A stretch of DNA of 64,000 nt from an uncultured Prevotellaceae bacterium (GCA_946619915.1 CAMOMP010000008.1:5995-69994), one strand, 5' to 3'. Counted from the stretch's first letter, positions 27,936-36,090 are shown. The notes: a model not told the origin generated them from the letters alone. Numbers and translations are program-made.

Positions 27936-28709
27936 ATGAAGTTGTATGCTAAGGTAATTGCCATTTTAGCGTTGCCACTTATTTTTGTGGTTGCTTATGC
28001 CTTATGCCCTATTCAATTGCCGCCTCCGGGCTGGACTCTCAGCAAGATAGACTTAAAAGCCTCACTTAGCCCCTCCAAAGGAGAGGTGAGGGACTCTGTC
28101 GCACCTTGTACAATCACCCCTCCCTTGGAGGGGACGGGGGAGGCTTCTTCTGACACAACGATCCAACGCATTCTCTTCTTTGGCGACTCTATGGCCGAAG
28201 GGTTGGTGCGACGTATGGCCGATTATGCTCAGGAGAACGGATACGATTTGGCACGCGTGATATGGTACAACTCCACCACCAAATTATGGGCCACATCCGA
28301 CACCTTGCAACATTATATTCACAAATATCACCCCACCTTCTTTATGGTATGCTTAGGAGGTAACGAACAGTTCCTAAAAGCACCCAAAGAAAGAGAAGCC
28401 TTCATCCGCCAAATCATAGACCGCATGGAGGGAAGACCTTTTGTGTGGATAGGCATTCCCACATGGAAGGGCGATACGGGATTTAATAATATGGTTCAGC
28501 AATGCGTAGGGGACGAGCGGTACTTCGACAGTCGCCGTCTTACCCTGAAACGTGGTTCCGACCGCGTTCACCCCACCTTCGGAGCTGCCAGCCTATGGAT
28601 GGACAGCATAGCAGTATGGATGAAAGACCGATACCCCATCCAAATGCAAAGGCCAACCCATAAAGCAACACGAAAGTTCCCCCTGCACCTGCTGCAACCT
28701 GTGAGATAA
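27936..28709 (+). CDS. SGNH/GDSL-family hydrolase or acyltransferase, membrane-anchored
   Basis: N-terminal TM anchor, block I FFGDSMAEG, VCLGGNE, block V DRVHP. The linker between anchor and domain is encoded by GC-rich repeat elements. Confidence 0.75.
   Translation: MKLYAKVIAILALPLIFVVAYALCPIQLPPPGWTLSKIDLKASLSPSKGEVRDSVAPCTITPPLEGTGEASSDTTIQRILFFGDSMAEGLVRRMADYAQENGYDLARVIWYNSTTKLWATSDTLQHYIHKYHPTFFMVCLGGNEQFLKAPKEREAFIRQIIDRMEGRPFVWIGIPTWKGDTGFNNMVQQCVGDERYFDSRRLTLKRGSDRVHPTFGAASLWMDSIAVWMKDRYPIQMQRPTHKATRKFPLHLLQPVR
28070..28144. repeat. Two degenerate GC-rich hairpin elements inside the SGNH CDS
   Basis: CCCCTCCAAAGGAGAGGTGAGGG (28070-28092) and CCCCTCCCTTGGAGGGGACGGGGGAGGC (28117-28144), same architecture as the intergenic elements. 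Confidence 0.7.
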
Positions 28710-28712
28710 AAG

Positions 28713-28745
28713 ACCAACCCCAACCCTCCCTTGAAGGGAGGGAGG
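28713..28745. repeat. GC-rich hairpin element (REP-like)
   Basis: ACCAACCCCAACCCTCCCTTGAAGGGAGGGAGG, 4 nt after the SGNH stop. Confidence 0.8.
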
Positions 28746-28746
28746 A

Positions 28747-28801
28747 TTAGAGTTTAGAGTTTAGAGTTTAGAGTTTAGAGTTTAGAGTTTAGAGTTTAGA
28801 G
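28747..28801 (+). repeat. Heptanucleotide tandem array (TTAGAGT) x7.9
   Basis: Seven perfect units plus TTAGAG. Ends 2 nt before the MBOAT ATG at 28804. Confidence 0.95.
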
Positions 28802-28803
28802 AT

Positions 28804-30213
28804 ATGATATTTACAAGCATTCATTTCTGGGCCGTCTTTATCGTCTTCTTGACGATATTTGCCTTGCTGCGCCGTTCTACACGAACGGGGATGATGCTTT
28901 ATGTAACTATCATCAGTCTATGTTTCTTCTTCTTAGCCAACCGCTGGCTCATGCAGTTGCTACCATTAACAGCACTAATATCATGGTCACTGACAAAAGC
29001 CATGAAGCAGTACGATGGTGCCAAACGGAAAGTCTTCCTGCTGAGTATTATCCTATTGGATCTGATGCCGTTGGTTTATTTCAAATATGCCGGCTTCGCC
29101 GTTTCTTGCCTGAATAGCCTTTGGGAAAGTAATTTCTCATTGCCGGTCATTGCGCTGCCCGTAGGAATCTCGTTCTACACTTTCCAGGCAATCAGCTATT
29201 CCATAGATGTTTACCGAAAGAAGTTCACGATGGACATCACCTTCCTGGAATACATATTCTACTTGTCTTTCTTTCCCCTACTGTTTGCCGGTCCCATAAC
29301 CCGGGCAGAGACTTTCTTCCCACAGGTTCGCAGACATCAGCCTCTGAACGAACGTCTGGCATACATGGGACTTTGGCTCATCATTATGGGTATCCTCAAG
29401 AAAGCGGTTGTGGCAGATTACATTGCACAATATAACAACTGGATTTTCGACTCTCCCCTCTCCTATTCCGGATTCGAGAATTTAATGGGATTGTTTGGAT
29501 TCGCCCTACAGATTTACCTTGATTTTTCAGGCTACAGCGACATCAGCATAGGCATAGCGGCATTGATGGGTATCCGTTTACGCGACAACTTCCGTTTCCC
29601 CTATCAGAGTCTTAATGTTACGGAATTCTGGCACCGATGGCACATTTCCCTCTCCTCTTGGTTCAGAGATTATGTCTATATCCCCTTGGGAGGTAACAAA
29701 TATGGAAGGATACGCACCGGCATTCATTGCCTAATCACTTTCCTCCTGGTAGGTATCTGGCACGGGAGTACCGTTATGTATGCATTATGGGGACTTATGC
29801 ATGGATTGGCCATGGTTGTACACAAAGCCATGCAGCGCTGGCTTCGCCTGATTCCTGACACATGGGCAACTAAGCCTTTCTCCATGCTGCTCACTGCTAC
29901 CTTTATTATATGTGGATGGGCTATCTTCCGTTCACCCGACTTGGATACGGCGAGCCTCATCTTCAAGCAAATATTCACCAACTTCCGCCTCGAGAGCATT
30001 CCTGCCTTCTGGACGATGCGTCCCACATGGCTGATGATGATGGTTATTTGCGGTATCCTGCTCTTTGTCAGAGAAAGGTATTACAATAGACTGATGATAA
30101 AATTCATATATTCTCCCTGGCTAATGAAATTGATAGCATTCGCTGTTGCAATACAGTTGGCCATAGAGTTTCACAGCAGCAATATCACCCCGTTCCTGTA
30201 CTATAACTTTTAA
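28804..30213 (+). CDS. MBOAT-family O-acyltransferase (AlgI/DltB/PatA-like)
   Basis: Multi-pass membrane protein with WHRWHISLSSWFRDYVYIPLGGN (conserved His region). Confidence 0.9.
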   Translation: MIFTSIHFWAVFIVFLTIFALLRRSTRTGMMLYVTIISLCFFFLANRWLMQLLPLTALISWSLTKAMKQYDGAKRKVFLLSIILLDLMPLVYFKYAGFAVSCLNSLWESNFSLPVIALPVGISFYTFQAISYSIDVYRKKFTMDITFLEYIFYLSFFPLLFAGPITRAETFFPQVRRHQPLNERLAYMGLWLIIMGILKKAVVADYIAQYNNWIFDSPLSYSGFENLMGLFGFALQIYLDFSGYSDISIGIAALMGIRLRDNFRFPYQSLNVTEFWHRWHISLSSWFRDYVYIPLGGNKYGRIRTGIHCLITFLLVGIWHGSTVMYALWGLMHGLAMVVHKAMQRWLRLIPDTWATKPFSMLLTATFIICGWAIFRSPDLDTASLIFKQIFTNFRLESIPAFWTMRPTWLMMMVICGILLFVRERYYNRLMIKFIYSPWLMKLIAFAVAIQLAIEFHSSNITPFLYYNF

Positions 30214-30235
30214 AGTGAAGAGTGAAGAATGAAAG
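30214..30235 (+). repeat. Heptamer array AGTGAAG AGTGAAG AATGAAAG
   Basis: Begins at the nucleotide after the MBOAT stop codon. Confidence 0.7.
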
Positions 30236-30257
30236 TTACCAAACGGCAAAAGCAAAC

Positions 30258-30290
30258 TAATTCTTAATTCTTCTCCCTTAATTCTTAATT
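30258..30290 (+). repeat. Heptamer array TAATTCT x about 4.7 (one degenerate unit)
   Basis: TAATTCT TAATTCT TCTCCCT TAATTCT TAATT, 40 nt upstream of the ATG at 30331. Confidence 0.7.
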
Positions 30291-30330
30291 AAAAAAATGG
30301 TAAACAGTAAACTATAAATAATATAAGAAA

Positions 30331-31512
30331 ATGACAGAATTACAACTTAAGTACGGATGCAATCCTAATCAGAAACCATCTCGCATCTACATGGAGGCAG
30401 GCGAGCTGCCTATCGAAGTGTTGAACGGCCGTCCCGGCTACATCAATTTCTTGGACGCTCTGAATGCATGGCAGTTAGTCAAAGAGTTAAAGGCTGCAAC
30501 AGGTCTGCCTGCAGCTGCCAGCTTCAAGCACGTTAGCCCTGCCGGAGCTGCTGTAGGTCTGCCCCTTACAGATACGCTACGCCACATCTACTTTGTACCC
30601 GAGAGCATTGGCGAACTCAGCGCCCAGGCTTGTGCCTATGCCAGAGCACGCGGTGCCGACCGTATGAGTAGCTATGGCGACTTCATTGCACTCTCCGATT
30701 GCTGCGACAAGGCAACAGCCCTGCTCATCAAGCCCGAGGTAAGTGATGGCGTTATCGCTCCCGAGTTTACGGAAGAGGCTCTGCAGATTCTGCGCGAGAA
30801 GCGTAAGGGTACTTACAACGTTATCAAGATTGACCCCACCTACAAGCCCGAGCCTATAGAGCGTAAGCAGGTCTTTGGCATTACCTTTGAACAAGGTCGC
30901 AACGAGGTTAAGCTGGATGATCCCGCTCTCTTCGAGAACATTCCCACCAAGAACAAGAATTTCCCCGCAGATGCCAAGCGCGACCTTATCATTGCTCTCA
31001 TCACTCTGAAGTACACCCAGAGCAACAGTGTATGCTACGTTAAGGACGGTCAGGCCATTGGTATCGGAGCAGGGCAGCAGAGTCGTATCCACTGTACCCG
31101 CCTGGCTGGCAGCAAGGCTGATATCTGGTGGTTGCGTCAGAACCCCAAGGTAATGGCACTTCCCTTCTTGCCTAATATCCGTCGTGCCGATCGCGACAAC
31201 ACCATCGACATCTATATCAGCGACGATTACATGGATGTCCTGGCCGATGGCGAATGGCAGAAATTCTTCACAGAGAAGCCCGAGCCTCTCACACGCGAGG
31301 AAAAGAAAGAGTGGATTGCACAGAACACCAATGTATGTTTGGGTAGCGATGCCTTCTTCCCATTCGGTGACAATGTTGAACGTGCCCACAAGAGTGGTGT
31401 TCAATACATTGCACAGGCTGGTGGTAGCGTTCGTGACGATCATGTTATCGATACCTGCGACAAGTACGGCATTGCCATGACCTTCACTGGCGTCCGTCTG
31501 TTCCACCATTAA
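30331..31512 (+). CDS. AICAR formyltransferase-domain protein (stand-alone, no IMP cyclohydrolase/MGS domain)
   Basis: KHVSPAG and GIGAGQQSRIH motifs of the PurH AICARFT domain. 393 aa, starting directly in the AICARFT domain. Confidence 0.8.
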   Translation: MTELQLKYGCNPNQKPSRIYMEAGELPIEVLNGRPGYINFLDALNAWQLVKELKAATGLPAAASFKHVSPAGAAVGLPLTDTLRHIYFVPESIGELSAQACAYARARGADRMSSYGDFIALSDCCDKATALLIKPEVSDGVIAPEFTEEALQILREKRKGTYNVIKIDPTYKPEPIERKQVFGITFEQGRNEVKLDDPALFENIPTKNKNFPADAKRDLIIALITLKYTQSNSVCYVKDGQAIGIGAGQQSRIHCTRLAGSKADIWWLRQNPKVMALPFLPNIRRADRDNTIDIYISDDYMDVLADGEWQKFFTEKPEPLTREEKKEWIAQNTNVCLGSDAFFPFGDNVERAHKSGVQYIAQAGGSVRDDHVIDTCDKYGIAMTFTGVRLFHH

Positions 31513-31519
31513 AGAAAAA

Positions 31520-31552
31520 GACCCTCCCCTGACCCCTCCCGTGAGGGAGGGG
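31520..31552 (+). repeat. GC-rich hairpin element, left inverted copy
   Basis: GACCCTCCCCTGACCCCTCCCGTGAGGGAGGGG, 8 nt after the upstream stop. Confidence 0.85.
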
Positions 31553-31585
31553 AATCAAAAAGAGGGGGAGACATTGCAAGTATTG

Positions 31586-31963
31586 ATGAATGATGAGCTA
31601 AAATGGGCAACGAGTGACAGATATTCTTTACTAAAGGATTGGGCTCGCCAAAATAGAAAGTGCCCCACAAACGCAGAAACCGTTCTATGGGAGCAACTAA
31701 GAGGAAGGAAATTAGGATTAAAGTTTTTCAGACAATATATTATAGCTGACTATATTGTGGATTTTGTCTCTCTGGAGTTTAACCTGATTATTGAGGTAGA
31801 TGGCTCTTATCATTCTGAATACGAACAGCTACAATATGATGAAGGACGTACACATCGTCTTGAATCATTAGGCTTTAAACTGATTCGTTTCACTAATGAA
31901 GAAGTTATCTTTCAAACAGATTATGTTTTAGGAATAATAAAAAAGATAATTAATGAGGAATAA
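31586..31963 (+). CDS. DUF559 (Vsr/restriction-endonuclease-like fold) domain protein
   Basis: ETVLWEQLRGRKLGLKFFRQ..IADYIVDFV..IIEVDGSYH..YDEGRTHRLESLGFKLIRFTNEEV. ATG at 31586 preferred over the GTG at 31541, which lies inside the repeat hairpin. Confidence 0.8.
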   Translation: MNDELKWATSDRYSLLKDWARQNRKCPTNAETVLWEQLRGRKLGLKFFRQYIIADYIVDFVSLEFNLIIEVDGSYHSEYEQLQYDEGRTHRLESLGFKLIRFTNEEVIFQTDYVLGIIKKIINEE

Positions 31964-32213
31964 TAATCCTACTACAAAACCCAATCTCCCCTCCATCACG
32001 GGAGGGGCCGGGGGTGGGTCTGACGATATTGCATCCGTTATACTTAACGGCATCACCTTCAAAGCTGGGTCTAAGGGCGACAAGAAAAAGAAAGAGGAGC
32101 CCAAGGTAAAGACCAAAGCTAAGAAGAAACAGTATATTACTGGAGCACACGGAAGCGGATCGGCTAAGATGAAAGCCGACATCCGCAAGAAACGTGCCAA
32201 CAGGCATAAATAA
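31953..32213 (+). CDS. Questionable Lys-rich 86-aa ORF
   Basis: The ATG overlaps the DUF559 stop and the N-terminal third is encoded by the repeat element. C-terminal part is very basic (KKKKEEPKVKTKAKKK..RKKRANRHK) and a terminator follows. Confidence 0.2.
   Translation: MRNNNPTTKPNLPSITGGAGGGSDDIASVILNGITFKAGSKGDKKKKEEPKVKTKAKKKQYITGAHGSGSAKMKADIRKKRANRHK
31988..32020 (-). repeat. GC-rich hairpin element, right inverted copy
   Basis: CCCCTCCATCACGGGAGGGGCCGGGGGTGGGTC. Confidence 0.85.
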
Positions 32214-32224
32214 TATGGAAAGAA

Positions 32225-32260
32225 GAAAGGGGGAAGAGCTTTTCGCATCTGCCCCCTTTC
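32225..32260. terminator. Bidirectional hairpin terminator
   Basis: GAAAGGGGG..loop..CCCCCTTTC followed by TTTTT, between convergent genes. Confidence 0.6.
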
Positions 32261-32263
32261 TTT

Positions 32264-32887
32264 TTAAGCCTTCAAGGAAAAATGCTGATTGAAGAGCTGG
32301 CGCAGCATAGCCTCATCATCAATGATGCCCTGCAATTGTCTCAGACGTTCTGCATTGGGTGAATCCTCGAACCACAGATGCAGGTAGCCATTACGTCCAT
32401 ATTTCTCGTGCAGATGCGAGAGCATACGTTGGTAGTGCCCCTCCCTGTCAAGTTCCGGATAGTGGTCGATACCATACTGAATGGTTCTGCGAATGATAGT
32501 GTCTGCATCAATGAAGCGATCAGCCTCGGCTACTATACGGCCATAGATGGTGCGAGGCTCATGGCCCGAAGAGGCACGATGGTCTTCGGCAGCATCAGCC
32601 ATTATGTTGATCTGTTCCTCCGCGAACCACTTTCGCAACGTCTGGTCAGCTCTGATAATCCTTGAAGAAACCTCGTGATGATGCTCGCGGCCTTCACACA
32701 AACCTGTATCATGATAGGCCGCAATGACATACGCCATATCTGCATCAGCCCCTAACTTCTCTGCCAGCTCCAGACTCTGCCGGATAACCATCAGCACATG
32801 GTCGCGCTGATGTGCCTTATCGAAACTGTCATACTGCGGTATAATGTTCTGCTCTACATATTTCTTCAATTCTGCATTGATGACCAT
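32264..32887 (-). CDS. HD-domain phosphohydrolase
   Basis: H..H..(AAYHDTG) HD motif and a distal DRF Asp. 207 aa. Confidence 0.75.
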   Translation of the reverse strand: MVINAELKKYVEQNIIPQYDSFDKAHQRDHVLMVIRQSLELAEKLGADADMAYVIAAYHDTGLCEGREHHHEVSSRIIRADQTLRKWFAEEQINIMADAAEDHRASSGHEPRTIYGRIVAEADRFIDADTIIRRTIQYGIDHYPELDREGHYQRMLSHLHEKYGRNGYLHLWFEDSPNAERLRQLQGIIDDEAMLRQLFNQHFSLKA

Positions 32888-32990
32888 ACTGAATGCTATT
32901 TTTTATCTTGTTTGCGCCTATAAATTCGTTTTATCAAGAGTAAAGATACCTATTTTCTTTGATAAATTTGGAAAATAACTCACATACTTG

Positions 32991-32998
32991 TAACTTTG
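32991..32998 (+). promoter_or_regulatory. -7 promoter box (TAACTTTG)
   Basis: 46 nt upstream of the ATG at 33044. It overlaps the TTG start of the longer track ORF, which argues against that start. Confidence 0.5.
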
Positions 32999-33043
32999 AG
33001 ACAGATTTTTGCATTATTCATAGTAAATAACTACTGCAATATC

Positions 33044-34402
33044 ATGGAAATAGGAAAAATCACAGAAAGAATCAGAGTTTTCTTCAACATCCTGCCCGAC
33101 AAGGAGGATGAACAGGAAATCATTGCCCAAATTAGCAGCGGCGTATCCTTTAGGGGGGCTAACCTATGGGTTCTCATTTTTGCCATCTTCATTGCATCAT
33201 TGGGACTGAATGTCAACTCCACTGCAGTTATCATAGGTGCCATGCTGATATCGCCCCTGATGGGTCCTATCATAGGAATGGGACTGGCTGTCGGCATTAA
33301 CGACCTGAGCCTACTGAAACGTTCAGCCAAAAACTACGGTGTGGCAACATTAATTAGTGTACTTACGGCAACAGTCTATTTTCTGATATCTCCCCTTAGC
33401 GAGGCTCAGTCTGAGCTGTTGGCACGCACCTCTCCTACCCTATACGATGTACTCATAGCCTTCTGCGGCGGTGCAGCAGGAATCATAGCCCTTTGTACAC
33501 GGGGCAAGGGCAACGTCATTCCTGGCGTAGCTATTGCAACGGCTTTGATGCCTCCCCTCTGTACGGCAGGATTCGGATTGGCAACAGGCCACTGGCTCTA
33601 TTTTTTAGGGGCATTTTATCTCTTTTTTATCAATACGGTATTTATTGCCCTTGCCACCTTCCTTGGAGTTAGGTTCCTACAGTTCAGCCAGCACAAGTTT
33701 GTATCCTCTGCAAGTGCTACAAGGGCGCGCCGTATCATGATGGTGCTGGTGGTTGTTACCATGCTACCAGCAGCCTTTATGACCATGCAGATTGTAAAGC
33801 AGAGCGTATTCAACAATAATGTGAACCGTTTCATCAAAGCCGAGTTGCAACAGCGAGGCACCCAGATTATTTCCAACAACGTGGACCGTGATAGCCTGAA
33901 ACTTCGGATAGTGGCTGTAGGACGCGAGATTTCCGAGGCTCATCAGCGGGAAGCACAGAAGAGGATGGAGTTCTATGGACTGAACGGCTTTGAATTGAGG
34001 GTAATACAAGGAGCACAGTCAGACAGTTTGATTCTACTGAACAACGAGCTAACGGCTATGAATACCAGCAGAAAATCCGACCGACAGCAACTGATGAACC
34101 TGACGGCTCAGGTAAGTTTGCTCAGTTCCCAACTAGACGATTATACCCGCTATGAAGCGCTTTCCAAAGATGTGAGCAACGAATTGGCAACACTCTTCCC
34201 ACAAGTAGAAACCCTGAACCTGGCTCGTGTTGCCCATGCTAGTAACGACACTACAAGCACAGCTCATTTTGTTGCGGCCATCATTGAAACCACTAACACC
34301 AAGCCTTTGCCAAAGGCTGATGCAGAAAAGTTGCGCGAATGGCTACAAATCAGGATCAAGGCAGACAGTCTGATAGTAGTGGATGCCAAGCAATATAAAT
34401 AA
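33044..34402 (+). CDS. DUF389-family membrane protein with C-terminal coiled-coil extension
   Basis: Gly/Pro-rich TM core ([29 protein letters not shown]) typical of DUF389/TIGR00341-type proteins. Confidence 0.65.
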   Translation: MEIGKITERIRVFFNILPDKEDEQEIIAQISSGVSFRGANLWVLIFAIFIASLGLNVNSTAVIIGAMLISPLMGPIIGMGLAVGINDLSLLKRSAKNYGVATLISVLTATVYFLISPLSEAQSELLARTSPTLYDVLIAFCGGAAGIIALCTRGKGNVIPGVAIATALMPPLCTAGFGLATGHWLYFLGAFYLFFINTVFIALATFLGVRFLQFSQHKFVSSASATRARRIMMVLVVVTMLPAAFMTMQIVKQSVFNNNVNRFIKAELQQRGTQIISNNVDRDSLKLRIVAVGREISEAHQREAQKRMEFYGLNGFELRVIQGAQSDSLILLNNELTAMNTSRKSDRQQLMNLTAQVSLLSSQLDDYTRYEALSKDVSNELATLFPQVETLNLARVAHASNDTTSTAHFVAAIIETTNTKPLPKADAEKLREWLQIRIKADSLIVVDAKQYK

Positions 34403-34439
34403 AAAAACAGTCTATTCACCCCCAAAAACTCTACAAGAT

Positions 34440-36029
34440 ATGTTTACAGACAACAAGTTATACGTGGCACATGGTCAGAACGGACCAATATGCCTTTGCG
34501 GAAAGATGGCAAACCGTCACGGCCTGATAGCAGGAGCAACAGGAACCGGCAAGACCGTAACCTTGCAAGTATTGGCCGAGACATTCTCGCAAGCTGGCGT
34601 TCCCTGCTTTATGGCCGACATGAAGGGCGACCTCTCGGGTATCAGTCAGACAGGACAGCTATCTGGGTTTATAGAGAAACGTTGTGCTGAGTTCGGAATC
34701 GAGAACCCGCAATTCCAAGGCAGTCCTGTTTGCTTCTACGATGTATTCGGAGAGAAAGGACATCCCATGCGCACCACCATCTCTAATATGGGCCCCGAGC
34801 TGTTGTCGCGCCTGATGGAGCTGAACGAGGTGCAAGCTGGCGTGATGACTATTCTCTTCAAGGTAGCCGACGAGCGTAGACTCTTGTTGTTAGACCTGAA
34901 AGACCTGCGCTCCATGCTCACCTATATCTCAGACCATGCATCGGAGCTGACCAAGCAGTACGGCAATGTATCCAGCGCCAGTGTGGGAGCGATCCAGCGA
35001 GCTCTGCTCAGACTGGAGGATCAGGGAGCAGACAAATTCTTCGGCGAACCGGCCTTCGACATTATGGACCTACTGCAATGCCGTGCCGATGGAAAAGGTA
35101 TCATGAGTGTACTGGCTGCCGACAAGCTGATGCTGAATCCCAAGCTCTATTCCACTTTCCTGTTGTGGCTGTTGTCCGACCTCTATGTTCGTCTGCCAGA
35201 AGTGGGTGATCAGGAGTTGCCACGACTGGTATTCTTCTTCGACGAGGCTCACACCCTCTTTACAGATACGCCCAAGAGCTTAGTGGACAAGATAGAACAA
35301 GTGGTTCGACTCATCCGCAGCAAGGGCGTTGGCGTTTACTTCGTAACTCAGAATCCTACAGATATACCTGACTCTGTACTGGCTCAGTTGGGTAACCGTG
35401 TGCAGCATGCCCTGCGTGCTTTCACACCCAAGGAACAGAAGAATGTCAGGGCTGCAGCAGAGACCTTCCGTGCCAACCCCAACTTCAAGACAGAGGAGGC
35501 CATCATGGAACTGGGCACAGGCGAAGCCCTTGTATCCTTCCTCGACGAGAAGGGAACGCCCACCATTGTTGAGCGTGCCAAGGTACTCTTCCCCCTTAGC
35601 CAGATAGGGGCCATTACGGATGCACAACGCGATCAGATTATCAAGTCCTCGCGCATCTTTGGCAAATACGACAACGTCATAGATCGCGAGAGTGCCTTCG
35701 AAGTGCTGCTGGAAGCCTCATCCCAACCCTCTTTAGAGGAAGAGGAGCAAGAAGTAAAGGGCAAAGGGCAAGAGCAGTCCTCGACTTCGAAGGAGTCGAA
35801 GAGTGGCTCAAAAAGCAGTTGGAAGAAATCCTTCTTCGGCAAGATTCTTAGCGCCATCATCACCAGTGTTACGGCTGCTCTGGGAACATACGTAGCCAAT
35901 ACCGTTACAGGTAGTAAGAGACGTTCGAAGGACTCCTTAGGCAAGAAAGTGACAAAAACCGCAGTCAGCACAGCCACACGAACCGCCACACGCGAGCTCA
36001 CCCGCAGCATCTTAGGTAATCTGAAGTAA
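34440..36029 (+). CDS. DUF853 / HerA-like P-loop ATPase (YjgR family)
   Basis: [17 protein letters not shown] (Walker A) and LVFFFDEAH (Walker B). Alternative upstream ATG at 34383 overlaps the previous gene by 20 nt. Confidence 0.8.
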   Translation: MFTDNKLYVAHGQNGPICLCGKMANRHGLIAGATGTGKTVTLQVLAETFSQAGVPCFMADMKGDLSGISQTGQLSGFIEKRCAEFGIENPQFQGSPVCFYDVFGEKGHPMRTTISNMGPELLSRLMELNEVQAGVMTILFKVADERRLLLLDLKDLRSMLTYISDHASELTKQYGNVSSASVGAIQRALLRLEDQGADKFFGEPAFDIMDLLQCRADGKGIMSVLAADKLMLNPKLYSTFLLWLLSDLYVRLPEVGDQELPRLVFFFDEAHTLFTDTPKSLVDKIEQVVRLIRSKGVGVYFVTQNPTDIPDSVLAQLGNRVQHALRAFTPKEQKNVRAAAETFRANPNFKTEEAIMELGTGEALVSFLDEKGTPTIVERAKVLFPLSQIGAITDAQRDQIIKSSRIFGKYDNVIDRESAFEVLLEASSQPSLEEEEQEVKGKGQEQSSTSKESKSGSKSSWKKSFFGKILSAIITSVTAALGTYVANTVTGSKRRSKDSLGKKVTKTAVSTATRTATRELTRSILGNLK

Positions 36030-36033
36030 AAAA

Positions 36034-36077
36034 GGAAGCCCCTCTCCCCCTTCCCCTCCCCCAAATGGGAGGGGAGA
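36034..36077. repeat. GC-rich hairpin element (variant subfamily)
   Basis: GGAAGCCCCTCTCCCCCTTCCCCTCCCCCAAATGGGAGGGGAG, close to the reverse complement of the copy at 42061-42099. Confidence 0.85.
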
Positions 36078-36090
36078 ATTGGTTTAAAAG

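Larger units (their letters stand above)
31520..32020 (+). mobile_element. Candidate cassette: DUF559 endonuclease ORF flanked by 33-nt inverted GC-rich hairpin repeats
   Basis: Left and right elements are reverse complements (29/33 by eye) around a single ORF. No transposase or TSD seen, so mobility is inferred only. Confidence 0.35.

Noticed and set aside
27500-28800. Genomic island or prophage integrated at the tmRNA 3' end
   Set aside because: No integrase, no duplicated tmRNA 3' segment (attR-like repeat) and no phage genes were seen downstream. The next genes are an SGNH/MBOAT pair.
28747-28801. Possible CRISPR array (regular short repeats), here and at the other heptamer arrays
   Set aside because: The units are 7 nt and directly abutting with no spacers, and no cas genes are present. 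These are microsatellite-type tandem repeats, not CRISPR.
30577-31509. 310-aa ORF antisense to the AICARFT gene
   Set aside because: It is a shadow ORF on the opposite strand of a gene with clear family motifs. The same reasoning applies to 36253-37218 and 36888-37952 (antisense to pgeF/obg), 42306-43115 (antisense to EEP) and 39314-39961. It also applies to 44000-44695, 5961-6476, 9111-9626, 10753-11274, 38042-38530 and 41301-42035.
31541-31585. GTG-initiated N-terminal extension of the DUF559 ORF (MREGNQKEGETLQVL)
   Set aside because: The GTG lies in the loop and stem of the GC-rich hairpin repeat, so the extension is repeat-derived. The ATG at 31586 gives a normal-length DUF559 domain protein.
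31928-32248. Minus-strand ORFs of 106 and 85 aa across the right-hand repeat
   Set aside because: They are antisense to the Lys-rich region and the repeat element, with low-complexity hydrophobic or Leu/Phe-rich translation and no start context.
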